Below, in pieces: positions 16,536-34,983 of a stretch of DNA of 64,000 nucleotides. The position numbers and the translations under genes are program-made. Origin of the DNA: the human T2T-CHM13v2.0 reference genome, Homo sapiens; the NCBI RefSeq assembly GCF_009914755.1, contig NC_060940.1; one strand, 5' to 3'. Positions within the stretch are counted from its first letter, which is position 1. Each line of letters begins with the position of its first letter. The notes under the pieces are model-generated. The model saw nothing but the letters and a program-made list of their open reading frames with translations, was not told the origin of the DNA and ran no database searches.

Positions 16536-17256
16536 TGTGGAGCCCTGATAAGTAAGCAAAAATAAGGAAGGGTCCCCAGGTTGGGGAGAGCCCCAAGTTG
16601 AGGAGAATAATGAACAATTATTGTATGAACAATTGTTAGAGACAGCTAATCACAAACAACCTGTGGGTACAATGACCTCATTCCACATGTAGCACCCTTA
16701 AGCATGACCCTGTAAAACTTTCCTCCAGCCCTTGCCTCTTTGCAGGTAGCTCCTTCTCTGCTGAGCTGCCCACTGCAACATATTTTCATAATTTCTCTAA
16801 TAAATCTGCCTTTCTTTACCTACAACTATCTTGGTAAATAGCTTTACCACCTGCAAAACTGACCCTAGTTAGTTGCTACCCGATATGGTTTGGCTGCGCC
16901 CCCACCCAAATTTCATCTTGAATTGTAGCTCCCATCATCCCCATGTGTCGTGGGAGGGACCTGGTAGGAGGTAATGGAATCATGGGGGCAGGTTTTTCCC
17001 ATACTGTTCTCGTGATAGGGAATACATCTCACTAAATCTGGTGGTTTTATAAAGGGCAGTTTCCCTGCACATGCTCTCTTACCTGCTGCCATGTAAGACG
17101 TACCTTTGCTCCTTCTTTGCCTTCCACCATGATTCTGAGGCCTCCCCAGCCTTGTGGAACTGTGAGTACATTAAACCTCTTTTTCTTTATAAATTACCCA
17201 GTCTCAAGTATTTCTTCATAGCAGTATGAAAAGTAACTAATACACTACCCGAGACA
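16536..17256 (+). mobile_element. ERVL-type solo LTR (LTR47-like) hosting the THE1
   Basis: TGTGG...GAGACA ends with 5-bp TSD CCTTA (16531-16535, 17257-17261); AATAAA at ~16799; subfamily from memory. Confidence 0.65.
16881..17244 (+). mobile_element. THE1-family MaLR solo LTR
   Basis: GATATGGTTTGGCT...CTAATACA termini; TSD CTACC. Confidence 0.85.
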
Positions 17257-17647
17257 CCTTAGGAGATTTGTAACAGCTGTAATGCCAGGTCCACCATATT
17301 TTTAGCATAAAGCAAATGTTTACCCATGATATGACTGCACAGGCTTTCAGCTGGAGCCATAGCAACTCAAGTAGTAACCCTATCTTAGTCTGATTAAAAG
17401 TAAATATTAGTCTGGGCATGGTGGGACATGCCTGTAATCCCAGTACTTTGGGAGGCTGAGACAGAAGGATTGCTTGAGCCCAGGAGTTTGAGACCAGCCT
17501 GGGCAACATGGAAAAACACAGTCTCTACAAAAAATACAAAAATTAGCTGAGCGTGGTGGCACACACCTGTAGTCCCAGCACCTTGGGAGGCTGAGGCAGG
17601 AGTATCTCTTGAACCCAGGAGGTGGAGGCCGCAGTGAGCAGTGATCA

Positions 17648-18512
<865 letters not shown>

Positions 18513-18989
18513 ATCATGCCACTGCACTCCAGCCTGGGCAACAGAGCAAGGCCCTGTCTCAAAACAAAAAAAACTAATATGACTTAATACATTCATTTTG
18601 GAGGGCAAGTCTCTCAAAATGGGCCTTTCACTGGGGGAAAATGGTAAAAATACTCCCTGGTAATTCAAGAATTGCAGACTCCTGAGATGCTGCTCATATT
18701 AGCTGAACACTTACCAATACTTCACTTTTTTCCATATATACTCAAGGAACAAGTGCTATTTAAAGTGTTTCACTCTGCTGTGCTAGGTGCAAGACTATAA
18801 AGAGGTGTGAGGATCAACACTTTTATGAAAACCAACGTCATTCTGAATGTAGTTTCAGATGCTAGTGCAAAGGAAGTTCTTGGTATACGGAAAAAGTATT
18901 CAACAATAAATTAGGCATGGTTGCTTCCATTTTCTGCCTCACACACTTTTTTTTCGTGGTTAAAGTGATAAAACGTCTATGATATTTTA

Positions 18990-19400
<411 letters not shown>

Positions 19401-19521
19401 TCAGGCCAGCTGTGGTGGTGCACTCCTGCAATCCCAGCACTTTGGGAGGCTGAGATGGGCAGACAGCTTGAGGTCAGGAATTCCAGACTAGCCTGGGCAA
19501 CATGGCGAAACCCCATGTCTA

Positions 19522-19761
<240 letters not shown>

Positions 19762-19801
19762 TCAGGGCAGCTACAGTCCTCTATTAAGCAATGTGCCACA
19801 G

Positions 19802-20191
19802 CAGGGGTCCCTAATTCCTGGGCCATGGACCTGTACTGGTCTGTGGCCTGTTAGGAACTGGGCCACAGAGCAGGAGGTGAATGGTGGGTAACAACTGAAG
19901 CTTCGTCTGTATTTCTGGCCGCTCCCCATTGTTTGCATTGCTGCCTGAGCTCTGCCTCCTGTCAGATCAGCAGCATCATTAGATTCTTACAGGAGCATGA
20001 ACCCTGTTGTGAATTGCACACACGAGGGATCCAGGTTGCATATTCCTTATGAGAATCTAATTCCTGATGATTTGTGGTGGAACAGTTTCATCCCAAGACC
20101 ATTAGCATCCTGTGCCCCATCCCTTGCCGCCTGTGGAAAAATTGTCTTCCGCAAAGCCAGTCCCTGGTGCCAAAAATGTTGGGGACTGCTG
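19802..20191. mobile_element. MER1 (hAT-Charlie) DNA transposon
   Basis: CAGGGGTCCC...GGGGACTGCTG terminal inverted repeats and MER1-type body. Confidence 0.8.
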
Positions 20192-20824
20192 TGCTTTAGA
20201 ATCTGCCTGGAATCTGCAGCCTCTATTATATAGTTCCCTATAGACTTTGCTTCCTACCATCTTACATTCTGCCTTATAGGCATTTGTGTTTGCAACTCTT
20301 GCTTTTGTCAGTATGCTACGCTGGTGACATTGACCAAATTGACCACACATTAATTATAAGCTTAGTTGGTGATGACCTCAATGGAATAACATGACATAAG
20401 TATTGTGACACTACTTCTTGCATGTATCTGCAGGTGGAATTGTAAACCTGGTGGTCCGAGATGGTCTAATTCGATCTTCCTATGTATCTCCTTATATTAA
20501 TAGTGGTAACATTTGTGGTGGTGATTCAGCGTTTCAATGCCTCTTCTCATGGCAACAACAAACGTTTTCCGTCTGAATCAACATTAACCTAGATGTTACT
20601 GCGGATCAGAATTAGACTCTACATTTTCAACCACAGAAATATTGGGCAGTAAACATTTTTCTTAATATTGATTGCCTACATAGGTTGTGTAATTAGCATA
20701 TGTTTATAGTTCTATGATTTGTGCATGGCTGCTGCAGAGCTGGAGGGGGTAAAGCAACAGTGTTTTCTCAGTTGTGCGAGCAGCATTACATTATAATGAA
20801 TAGGTAATATTAAACTGGGCTGAT

Positions 20825-22364
20825 AAGAGTTGCAAAAGACTACTTTAATGTTCATATGGAACCAAAAAAGAGCCCGCATTGCCAAGACAATCCTAAGCCC
20901 AAAGAACAAAGCTGGAGGCATCATGCTACCTGACTTCAAACTATACTACAAGGCTACAGTAACCAAAACAGCATGGTACTGGTACCAAAACAGACATATA
21001 GACCAATGGAACAGAACAGAGCCCTCAGAAATAATACCACACATCTACAACTATCTGATCTTTGACAAACCTGACAAAAACAAGAAATGGGGAAAGGATT
21101 CCCTATTTAATAGATGGTGCTGGGAAAACTGGCTAGCCATATGTAGAAAGCTGAAACTGGATCCCTTCCTTACATCTTATACAAAAATTAATTCAAGATG
21201 GATTAAAGACTTAAATGTTAGACCTAAAACCATAAAAACCCTAGAAGAAAACCTAGGCAATACCATTCAGGACATAGGCATGGGCAAGGACTTCATGTCT
21301 AAAACACCAAAAGCAATGGCAACAAAAGCCAAAACTGACAAATGGGATCTAATTAAACTAAAGAGCTTCTGCACAGCAAAAGAAACTACCATCAGAGTGA
21401 ACAGGCAACATACAGAATGGGAGAAAACTTTCATAATCTACCCATCTGACAAAGGGCTAATATCCAGAATCTACAAAGAACTTAAACAAATTTACAAGAA
21501 AAAATCAAACAACCCCATCAAAAAGTGGGCAAAGGATATGAACAGACACTTCTCAAAAGAAGACATTTATGCAGCCAACAGACACGTGAAAAAAATGCTC
21601 ATCATCACTGGCCATCAGAGAAATGCAAATCAAAACCACAATGAGATACCATCTCATGCCAGTTAGAATGGCAATCATTAAAAAGTCAGGAAACAACAGG
21701 TGCTGGAGAGGATGTGGAGAAATAGGAACACTTTTACACTGTTGATGGGACTGTAAACTAGTTCAACCATTGTGGAAGACAGTGTGGCGATTCCTCAAGG
21801 ATCTAGAACTAGAAATACCATTTGACCCAGCCATCCTATTGCTGGGTATATACCCAAAGGATTATAAATCATGCCGCTATAAAGACACATGCACACATAT
21901 GTTTATTGCGGCACTATTCACAATAGCAAAGACTTGGAACCAACCCAAATGTCCATCAATGATAGACTGGATTAAGAAAACGTGGCAATTATACACCATG
22001 GAATACTACGCAGCCATAAAAACGGATGAGTTCATGTCCTTTGTAGGAACATGGATGAAGCTGGAAACCATCATTCTGAGCAAACTATCATCAGGACAGA
22101 AAATCAAACACCGCATGTTCTCACTCATAGGTGGGAATTGAACAAAGAGAACACCTGGACACAGGGCGGGGAACATCACACCCTGGGGCCTGTCATGGGG
22201 TGGGGGAAGCGGGGAGGGATAGCATTAGGAGATATACCTGATGTAAATGACGAGTTAATGGGTGCAGCACACCAACATGGCACATGTATACATATGTAAC
22301 AAACCTGCACGTTGTGCACATGTACCCTAGAACTTAAAGTGTAATAAAAATAAATAAATAAATA
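20825..22364 (+). mobile_element. 5'-truncated L1PA (approx. L1PA3-5), ORF2 C-terminal part + 3'UTR
   Basis: ORF2 peptide (…[14 protein letters not shown]…), frameshift near 21590, L1 3'UTR and (AAAT)n tail; TSD GGGCTGAT at 20817-20824 and 22365-22372; empty site at 44639. Confidence 0.95.
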
Positions 22365-22667
22365 GGGCTGATGAATCATATTACAGTAATCCAATATTTC
22401 CCTTGTAAAGTCCCTGAGGTTTACAGAAGGAAATCTTTTCTAATAACAAAAAGAGTGAGGCATGTGCTTTGGTCTTTATTTCCTAGTTATACGATCCTGG
22501 GTAAGGAGCTCAACTTTTCTCTGCCAAAATTAAATGAGGATTAAATGAGATCATATATGTGAAGTTGTGAAAGACAGTACCTGGCACATAGCAGGATCAA
22601 TCAATGTTAGTATCTCTAAAATAGAGATTGAGTCTGAAGATCCACAAAGTGGTAGAACCGATCTTAA

Positions 22668-23200
<533 letters not shown>

Positions 23201-23238
23201 TAAATAGTTTTAAGGGGGAGAAGAAAGAAAAAGACTGA

Positions 23239-23503
<265 letters not shown>

Positions 23504-24095
23504 TAGCCAGGATGGTCTGGATCTCCTGACCTCGTGATCCGCCCGCCTTGGCCTCCCAAAGTGCTGGTATTACAGGCGTGAGCCACCGTGCCTGGCCGTC
23601 CCATCATTTTTTAAGATAAATTCACATACCATAAAACTTACCATTTTATTTTCTCTCTCTTTTCTCTTTCTTCCTTTCTTTCTTTTTTTTTTTTTTTTTT
23701 TTTTTGCAGGCTGGAGTGCAGTGGCCCTATCGTGGCTCACTGCAACCTTGAATTCCTGGGCTCAAGAGATCCTCCCACCTCAGCCTCCCGAGTAGCAGTA
23801 GCTGAGACTATCAGTGCGCACCACCAAGCCTGAGTAATTACAATACTTTTTTCTTTTTCCTTTTCTTGATTTTCCGTAGAGATGGGGTCTTCCTATTTTG
23901 TCCAGGCTGATCTGGAACTCCTGCCCTCAAAGGATCCTCCTGTCTAATTCTCCCAAAGTGCTGGGATTACAGGCATGTGCCACCGCGCCTGGCCAAATGC
24001 ACCCCCTTTTTTTAAGTGTACAATTCAATGGTTTTTAATAGATTCACAAAGTCATGGAACCATCACACCTATCTAATTTCAAAATGTTTTCATCA

Positions 24096-24356
<261 letters not shown>

Positions 24357-24489
24357 TTAATTAATAAAAATAAAATAAATAAATAAATAACCCCATGCCT
24401 TCTGCCTCTGTGGCTTTGCCTGTTCTCGGTATTTTGTGTCAATGGACCCATGCATGGGGGTGGGCCGGGCACCTTTCAAACGTTCAGCC

Positions 24490-25150
24490 CCCAGGACGGC
24501 CCGTGGCCTCCGGATTGGACGGCGCGAGCTGGGTGTGTGTGGGTCGCTCAATCGCTCCGGAGCTTCTGGAGGGGGCAGATGCAGGTGCCGGCTGCTGCAG
24601 TGCAGTAGCTGCTGGAGGCTGGGGAGGCCCGGACCCGGTGCAGGAAGACGCCGACCACGCGGGCTCCTGATCGCGGGCGCCCACAGCGCGGACATGGCGG
24701 GCTGGTGGCCGGCGTTGTCGCGCGCGGCCCGGCGCCACCCGTGGCCCACCAACGTGCTGCTTTACGGCTCGCTCGTCTCGGCCGGGGACGCGCTGCAACA
24801 GCGGCTGCAGGGCCGCGAGGCCAACTGGCGCCAGACGCGGCGCGTGGCCACGTTGGTGGTGACCTTCCACGCCAACTTCAACTACGTGTGGCTGCGCCTG
24901 CTGGAGCGCGCGCTCCCGGGCCGAGCGCCGCACGCCCTGCTGGCCAAGTTGCTGTGCGACCAGGTGGTCGGTGCGCCCATCGCGGTCTCGGCCTTCTATG
25001 TCGGTGAGGGGCCGGGAGGGGACCTGGGGGGTGGGACCCAGTATTGGGGGACTGGAGGCTGGGACTCGGGGATCAAGCGGCTGGAGGGAGGGCGCTGCAG
25101 GAGCCTGGGGACCCGGGCAGGAGCCGGGGCTCTGAGACCGGAGCTGCTTC
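24490..25150. promoter_or_regulatory. CpG island / MPV17L promoter and exon 1
   Basis: Very high GC and CpG density around the ATG. Confidence 0.88.
24694..25003 (+). CDS. MPV17L: MPV17L exon 1 (MAGWWPALSRAARRHPWPTNVLLYG...AFYV)
   Basis: gacATGG start, 310 nt, donor G|GTGAGG phase 1; Mpv17/PMP22-family peptide; within CpG island. Confidence 0.96.
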
Positions 25151-25795
25151 AGAGGCCTGAAGGGCCAGGGCAAAGGCTAGAGGCTGGGGTGTTTGATTGC
25201 GAAAATTTGCAGGAGGCACTGGCTGGGGAGCCGAGAAATTGGGGAGCCAGAGGTCCACCAGGTCAGGAATTTAGAGGACTAGGGTCGGGGCTCAGACTCT
25301 GGGGTTGGGTGTAGACCAAGGCTGGAGGTAGGCAGGGCTGCGGAGGTCTTTGCCCCCTGAAAAAGGCCCACGGGAAAATAAAGGAGATCCCAGTTCAAGG
25401 CCGTAGCAGCTGCAATGACCGTGAACCAGTCGTGGGACAGGGAAGGAACCGACCTGCTGTTCAGAAAATCCACGCCTGGGGCCCCGGGGCCAACACAGGA
25501 ACAAAATGCAAGGGGATCAGTGACCCTGAGGGGCAGAGCAGGTGGAATCTGAGGTTGGGCCTGGATCTTCAGCAAATTCATGCCCAGGGGCCTAGTCCTG
25601 GTTTGGTAACAAGATTTTCCCCTGGGGTCTCACGGAAAACATCAAGGGACCTTGGATCCTTGCCATGGAGGACTATATACCTGTGAGGGTTCAGGGAACC
25701 CTCTCCTTAGAAAATCCGACCCGGGCCTGGGGTGTGGGGGACAGGGGCTTGACTGTGGAAACCTTCTCTACTGCATACAATAAGAACAATGGAAA

Positions 25796-26299
25796 TGGTA
25801 CCTGAAAAATACCGGGGTTCATTCCCTTAACGAGTCACAAAGGACTCCACCAAGAGGCGGATTTTGATCAATGGGAGTTTTACTTGGCACAAGAAAGGAA
25901 GACACTGGGCGTATTCTCCCAAGTAGTGTGTCCCCCAGAGAAAGAGACAGGAGGGTTTTATAAGGTGATGGAGAAAGGAGAGGGTGCATGACTGCATGTA
26001 GAGTAGGGGTCCCAGTGAGTCATGATGCTAGCACATAGGCTGCATAGGTTGCATAGGTTATAGTCGTGAAGCTATAGCTTCTCCCGGGGTGAAGACTTTA
26101 GCATGGTAATGAGGAGAGTTAACTTGGGTTCATCTACAAGTAACCTGGGGTCACTTAGGAGCTGATTTAAACAAACAGGGTGACCTCATTCCGCCCAGGG
26201 TTGGGGAAGAACAGGTTGAGGTCAGGAGGCTGTAAAACAGGCTGATCGCTCAAGTTGGTTAAATTCTTGTCATCTTTGGAGATCCCCCGTCTGCTCACA
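25796..26299 (-). mobile_element. Solo LTR (ERV1-like, subfamily not assigned) in MPV17L intron 1
   Basis: Minus strand starts TGTGAGCAG..., LTR-like composition; no clean TSD seen. Confidence 0.5.
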
Positions 26300-27405
26300 G
26301 GAGGGGCCCTGTGGCCTCTAGCATCATTGCGATTTCTAGAGCCTTGAAGGGGATGGGGTGGGTAACTGGGGAGAAAATCTCTACGGGTCTCAAGCCTGAC
26401 CTTGGGATTGGGGATCACAGATCTCCCCCCAAATGGGAGGGAACTTCTCCTAAGGGCTGTTGGTGCTTTCTAAACCAGGTTGAAGTCAGACAAGCCACCA
26501 TCTTGAAGAAACCTACCCTGCCCCGTGTGCCTTATTTTTAAGAGTTGGATTCACTTCCTTTCCCTACAGACCCCACCAGAAACACAAACCACCTGGTTGC
26601 CTGTTGTCATTGCGGCCCAACTACATGGCTGACGGGGTCAGTGGGTCAGGAGAACAGGCAGCCTGAGAGCTAGGGCCTCCTGTTTTATCAGAAGGTCTGT
26701 GCCTGTGCCCGGTGTGTGATTTGCAGACTAGATTTGCAAACAGCTTCCTAGCACCTGTTACAGGAACCTGGTACACTGGTGAAGGGGTAGGGGACCAGAA
26801 TGCTATTTAATCCTCAAACAACTAGTGAGATTGTTCTCTTTTTCTTCTTTTTTTTTTGAGACAGAGTCTCGCTTTATTGCCCAGCCTGGAGTGTGCAGTG
26901 GCCCAGTCTCAGCTCACTGAAACCTGCATCTCCAGGTTCAAGCAATTCTCCTGCCTCAGCCTACCAAGTAGCTGGGATTACAGATGCACACCACCATGCC
27001 CACCTAATTTTTGCATTTTTAATGGAGATGGGGTTTCACCATGTTGGCCAGGCTGGTCTCGAACTCCTGACCTCAAGTGATCTGCCCATTTGGCCTCCCA
27101 AAGTGCTGGGATTACAGGCGTGAGCCCTCACACTTGAGATTGTTCTTAATACTCTCATATTACAAATGAGGAAACTGAGTCTCAAAGGGGTTCTGTGACT
27201 CACCCAAAGACAACACAATCCAGGCACTTGATGCTCTCATGGTGGGAAGTTTGACAGTTTGCCTGAAACTGAAAGATGCTGAGTTACTAACAAGACTTGA
27301 ACCTAAGTCCAGGCCAAGCTCTCTGATACAGATTCCTGGCCAGATTGCAGCTTTGCTTTGGTCTTCAGTTTTTCTTTTCTTTCTTTCTTTTTTTTTTTTT
27401 TTTGA

Positions 27406-27519
<114 letters not shown>

Positions 27520-28189
27520 TAGCTGGGATTACAGGTGCCCGCCACCACGCCTGGCTAATTTTTGTGTTTTTAGTAGAGACGGGGTTTCGCCAAGTTGGCC
27601 AGGCTGGTCTCGAACTCCTGACCTCAAGTGACTTGCCCACCTCGGTCTCCCAAAGTGCTGGGATTACAGGTGTGAGCCACCTCACCTGGCCGGTTTTCAG
27701 TTTTTCTGGTTCAGTTTCCCTTACCTCACATTTCAATGAAAGGGGAAGTGGAAGGGGATAGAGTGGAGGTTTGCGTAAGGCTTTACATGGAAATTGCAGG
27801 AATCAATTGATCTTTGTGCTGGGGCTACCTTGGGGAACCAGAGTCGTAACAGATTAACAACTCTGGCTTGGGAATCAGACACCTGGGTTGAACTCTGTCC
27901 GCTATTAACCTCTCTAAGCTCTTTTCCTCCTTTGTAACTCTACCCACCTTAGCGAATTGTAAGGAGGGGCACATGAAATGAGGCACATAAACTACATAGC
28001 ATTTAATTAATGCTGGGTAAGTGGAACACAGTATTACCAATATTTTGCTGGGTCATGTAAGAATCGTCTGTAATTAACTAATAAAGCTCTTATATTCCCT
28101 CCCTCCTAATCAGGGATTGGAAAGAATTTTTAAAGTACTCTCAGTTTTACAACCTTCCTAAAATAGGAGAGCTTTGCCTTGCTACCTGA

Positions 28190-28378
<189 letters not shown>

Positions 28379-29050
28379 TAGTTTTGTAGAGACAAGGTCT
28401 TGATATATTGCCCAGGCTGTGAATTTCTCTTCAGGGATATTGAAGATCAAAGTGTTTTTAGGAAGGGTGAATTGGTGTTCCACTTTCAAATTTTGAATAG
28501 GGTAATACTGATGGAAAATTTGTAGTTGCCAGAGTATTTGGGTCCACTGGCCTTTTTTTATTTTTATTTTTTTGAGATAGAGTCTTGCTCTGTCACCCAG
28601 TCAGGAGCACAGTGGTGCAGTCTCGGCTCACCTCAACCTCCAAATCCTGGGTTGTGTAGTGGTACAATCTTGGCTCACCGCAACCTCCACTTCCTGGGTT
28701 CAAGCGATCCTTCTGCCTCAGCCTCTCAAGAACCTGGAATTACAGGCATATGCCACCATGCCTGGCTAATTTTGTATTTTTAGTAGAGACGGGGTTTCTC
28801 CATGTTGGTCAGGCTGGTCTTGAACTCCCAACCTCAGGTGATCTGCCAGATCAGCCTCCCAAAGTGCTGGGATTACAGGCATGAGCCACGCGCCCAGCCC
28901 ACTAGCTTTTTTAAAAAGACAGAAATTAAAATTTCAAAATGTTCAAATGTTCAACATTTCACAAAATGTTTGGAAGGTAGAGAAAGTAACCAATAGACCC
29001 ACTATTGTAACCTGATTGTTTTTGTGAATTGTTAGTTTTTGAAAAAATAA

Positions 29051-29310
<260 letters not shown>

Positions 29311-29584
29311 TAATTTTTGTATTTTTTGTAGAGATGAGGTTTTGCCCTGTTGCCCAGGCTGGTCTCTTAACTCCTGGACTCAAGCAATCTGCCTGCCTCG
29401 GCCTCCCGTTACAGGCTTGAGCCACGGCGCCTGTCTATGTTCTCTTTTCACTGTTGGGTCAGAGGGTCATATTGTTGGATGATAGTGATGGTTACTTTGC
29501 ATTTTGGAATGGGAAACTTAAACATGAACTGTTATACGGTACTCTACTGAATCTTTTAAAATTTTTTTTGGGTTTTGCAAATAG

Positions 29585-29655
29585 GTATGAGCATTCTCCA
29601 AGGAAAGGATGACATATTTTTGGACCTGAAACAGAAATTCTGGAATACCTATCTG
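29585..29655 (+). CDS. MPV17L: MPV17L exon 2 (GMSILQGKDDIFLDLKQKFWNTYL)
   Basis: aatAG|GT...CTG|GTAAGA; 71 nt restores phase 0. Confidence 0.94.
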
Positions 29656-29825
29656 GTAAGATAGGCGTTTGAAAATGTAATCACTATATTTTTGTGTATA
29701 TATGTATATATATGTGTATAAAAATATATGTTTTGTGTTTATATTTATAAAGATTAAAAAATCTTTTAATTGACACATATAAGTACATATTTTCATATAC
29801 ATGTGATAATTTGACACGTGTTTAA

Positions 29826-30038
<213 letters not shown>

Positions 30039-31499
30039 TGAGACTACAGGCATGTGCCACCACACCCAGCTAATTATTTTTAAATTTTTTGGTAGAGACA
30101 GAGTCTCACTATGTAGCACAGGCTGGCCTTGAACTCCTGTGCTCCAGTGATTCTCCCACCTCAACATTAAGTACATTTTTATTAAACTATTCCTAAATTA
30201 GAGCTCCAGTTTGGTTGACAGAAGGGTCCAATATTTTGACATAGAAATCTTAAAGTTATTTTGATAGATGTATGAGGAGAGGTTTTAAGAGTATCTGTAC
30301 TTCTCATGAACTGGAAAGAAATAATGTCTCTGGGCCCGGTGCAGTGGCTCATGCCTGTAATCCCAACACTTGGGAGGCTGAGGCAGGCGGATCACTTGAC
30401 GTTAGGAGTTTGAAACCAGCCTGGCCAATATGGTGAAACCCTGTTTCTACTAAAAATACAAAAAATAGTCAGGCACGGTGGTGCATGTCTGTAATCCCAG
30501 CTACTCAGTAGGCCGAGGCAGGAGAATCACTTGAACCTGGAGACAGGTTGCAGTGAGCCGAGATCGCACCACTGCACTCCAGCCTGGGCAATACAGCAAG
30601 ACTCCATCTCAAAAAAGAGAAAAAAGAAGAAAAGAAAAGAAATAATATCTCTGAATTTTAGTCCATGTTCTCAGTGATTTCTGACTTTATTATATTAACT
30701 CTTAGTAATGATCACAATTTACTTTGTAAATTTTGCAGCCAAAGGGACAACAATTTATTCTGTAAATTTGGGATTCTATTTGCAAAATAGAGATTATAGA
30801 TTGTGAGTGGCTTAATGGAATCATTCCCACATTCAGAGCCAATGTTTTCAGGTGAGCATCCTGCGGAGTCCTGGTGAAAAGAACTTTAACATCACAAAGG
30901 TATTGATAGAGAAGGAGAAGGTTTCCAAGGGTTATTCCAAGGTTTGAAGCAAATCAGCATTTTTACTGTTTGCTCGGCACAAATATATACAGTCCAGTCC
31001 AATACATATTTATTCATTGATTCAGTTAATATTTATTGAACAGTGTCCTTAAGGCCTGGCAAAATCAGGGATGGTTTTCATCTCTGCCCTAGAGCATGTT
31101 TGATTGCATTCATCACAAGGAGGTAAATCTTTGGGATTACAGAATGTTCGCAGACTGGCCTAGGGCTTCACATGTTCTTCCTTCCCTATCAAAAGCAGTG
31201 TTGAGCCACACCCAGCTATTACCTCCACAGCTTCTAGCATCATCTGTTGGATGGTACCAGGCCCCTGAGCCAGCATTACTTGATGGCTAGAGGCAGAGGA
31301 TGGAGAGGTTTGAAGTCAGAGGCTTCCCCTGAGCCTCTATACTCAGGAACAGTAACTATAAGAAGTGTGTTCAGAACTCTTGTGATTTCTCTTAGGGCAG
31401 AAATTGAGGACCCCATGGTGACAACCAAATGTGATTTTCTTCTGGTTTTGTTTTTTGTTTGTGTGTTTTGGTTTTTTTGTTTGTTTGTTTGTTTTTTGA

Positions 31500-31940
<441 letters not shown>

Positions 31941-31978
31941 TAGATCACAAGGTCAGGAGATCGAGACCATCCTGGCTA

Positions 31979-32203
<225 letters not shown>

Positions 32204-33215
32204 TCACACCTGTAATCCCAGCACTTTGGGAGGCTAAGGCAGGAGGATCACTAGAGCCCAGGAGTTTGAGACCAGCCTGCGCAACCATAGTGAGACCCCA
32301 TCGCTACAAAAATAAAATAAATTAGCTGGGCATAGTTGCAAGTGTCTGTGGTCCCAGCTGCTCGGGAGGCTGAGATGGGAGGATTGCAAGCCTGGGAGGT
32401 CGAGGCTGCAGTAAGCTGTGATTGCACCGCTGCACACCAGCCTGAGTGACAGAGTGAGACCATGGTTCAAAAAAAAAAAAAAAGAGAGCAGGAAGTAGAA
32501 TTGGGAAAGAAGCTTCAGGCAGGGATTTGTAAATGAACAAAACCACAGGAACATTTGCATACTGTTTAAAAAAAAAAACTGGTTACAATGAGTGAGTCTC
32601 ATCTACCCTCAGGAGAAGAAAGAGGGCAAACCAGTAGTCTGAAGCCCAGCCCATCTGGAGATTTTTTGGGAAGATTTCCTTTAAAGAGGCAGGATGGCTC
32701 ACGCCTGTAATCACAGCACTTTGGTAGGCCAAGGCAGGCGGATCATGAGGTCAAGGGATCGAGCCCATCCTCGCCAACTTGATGAAATCCCCTCTCTACT
32801 AAAAATACAAAAATTAGCATGAGCCCAGGAGGTCGAGACTGCAGTAAGCTACGATTGTGCCACTGCACTCCAGCCTGGGTAACACAGTGAGACCCTGTCT
32901 CAAAATAAAAAAATAAAATAAAATAAAGATCTGAAGTTATGCACATACTGGGGGACAGGTCATTCCAGGGGCAGAAGAGCTGAGTACAGTTGACAATGCG
33001 TAAAGCACCATGGTATGCCTGGAGGGGAGAAACCACAGGCAGTTTGGTGTTCACAGAGTATTTGTTGAGCAACTTGGAATGAGTTTGGATCCTGGAGACT
33101 GTTGAACACCCAGAGCTGAGGATCTTGAACTTCACAGTTAGGTAATGGCAGCAAAGGAAACCAAAGTGGGTGGTTATCGTGACCAAGTTCACATAAGAAA
33201 TAAGGAAGCATATCA

Positions 33216-33329
<114 letters not shown>

Positions 33330-33398
33330 TTAAAAAAATAAACATGGTGGCTCACGCCTGTAATCTCACCACTTTGGGAGGCCAAGGCGAGCAGATCA

Positions 33399-33677
<279 letters not shown>

Positions 33678-34153
33678 TCAGATGCCTTTGGCCTATTCAG
33701 AGGGAGATTGCCGAAGCACAGAGGAGAGTTCATGGCAGGGTTTAATTATTTTTAGCGCTCACATGTCCCAGATTCGGCCAGTGGGAGTTCCCCCAAGCTG
33801 GTTCCTGTGTCCTGTGCATCACCCATCTTCTTTCTCCTTTACTTCTTTCTTAAGCCACTTCCTTTCTGGCATGACAGCGTGTTCCAGGATCATCTTGTAC
33901 TTGCACCTGCCCTGCCCTGGCCCTAGAATCAGCCAATTCTTTGAGGCATCCTGCTTCCTTTTAGTGGGGGAATGATTTGAGAACAAAATATACTACCACA
34001 TGATACTACATTCTGACAAGAAAAAAAACACAGCCATAAGAAATAAAGCCATGGCCGGGCACAGTGGCTCCTGTAATCCTAACCCTTTGGGTGGCGGAGG
34101 TTGGAGGATTGTTTGGGGTCAGGAATTCAAGACCAACCTGGCCCGCATAGTGA

Positions 34154-34373
<220 letters not shown>

Positions 34374-34702
34374 TAGCTGAGATTACAGGTTCCTGCAATC
34401 ACGTCCTGCTAATTTTTATTTTTAGTAGACACAGGGTTTCTACATGTTGGTCAGGCTGGTCTCAAACTCACGACTTCAGGTGATCTGCCTGCCTTGGCCT
34501 CCCAAAGTGCAGGGATTACAGGGGTATATTTTATATTTAAAGCATATTTAACAATTAAGGGCCAGGCTCGGTGTCTCACGCCTGTAATCCCAGCACTTTG
34601 GGAGGCTGAGGTGGGCAGATCACCTGAGCTCGGGAATTTGAGATGCACAACAAGAGCGAAACTCCGTCTCAAAAAAAATAAATAAATATAAAATATACAT
34701 TA

Positions 34703-34983
<281 letters not shown>

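Noticed and set aside
19997-20350. ORFs 'conserved' at 43831-44172
   Set aside because: Explained by the segmental duplication and the MER1 element.
20830-22141. 278-aa and 123-aa ORFs
   Set aside because: Frameshifted L1 ORF2 C-terminal fragments of a 5'-truncated element lacking promoter, endonuclease and RT core.
24357-25173. Antisense ORFs (131 and 229 aa) at the MPV17L island; similar ones at 63128-63864
   Set aside because: Expected from stop-codon scarcity in CpG islands; no recognisable protein.
24436-25314. 292-aa single ORF over MPV17L exon 1
   Set aside because: The real exon is 24694-25003; the flanks are GC-rich leader and intron read-through with no family similarity.
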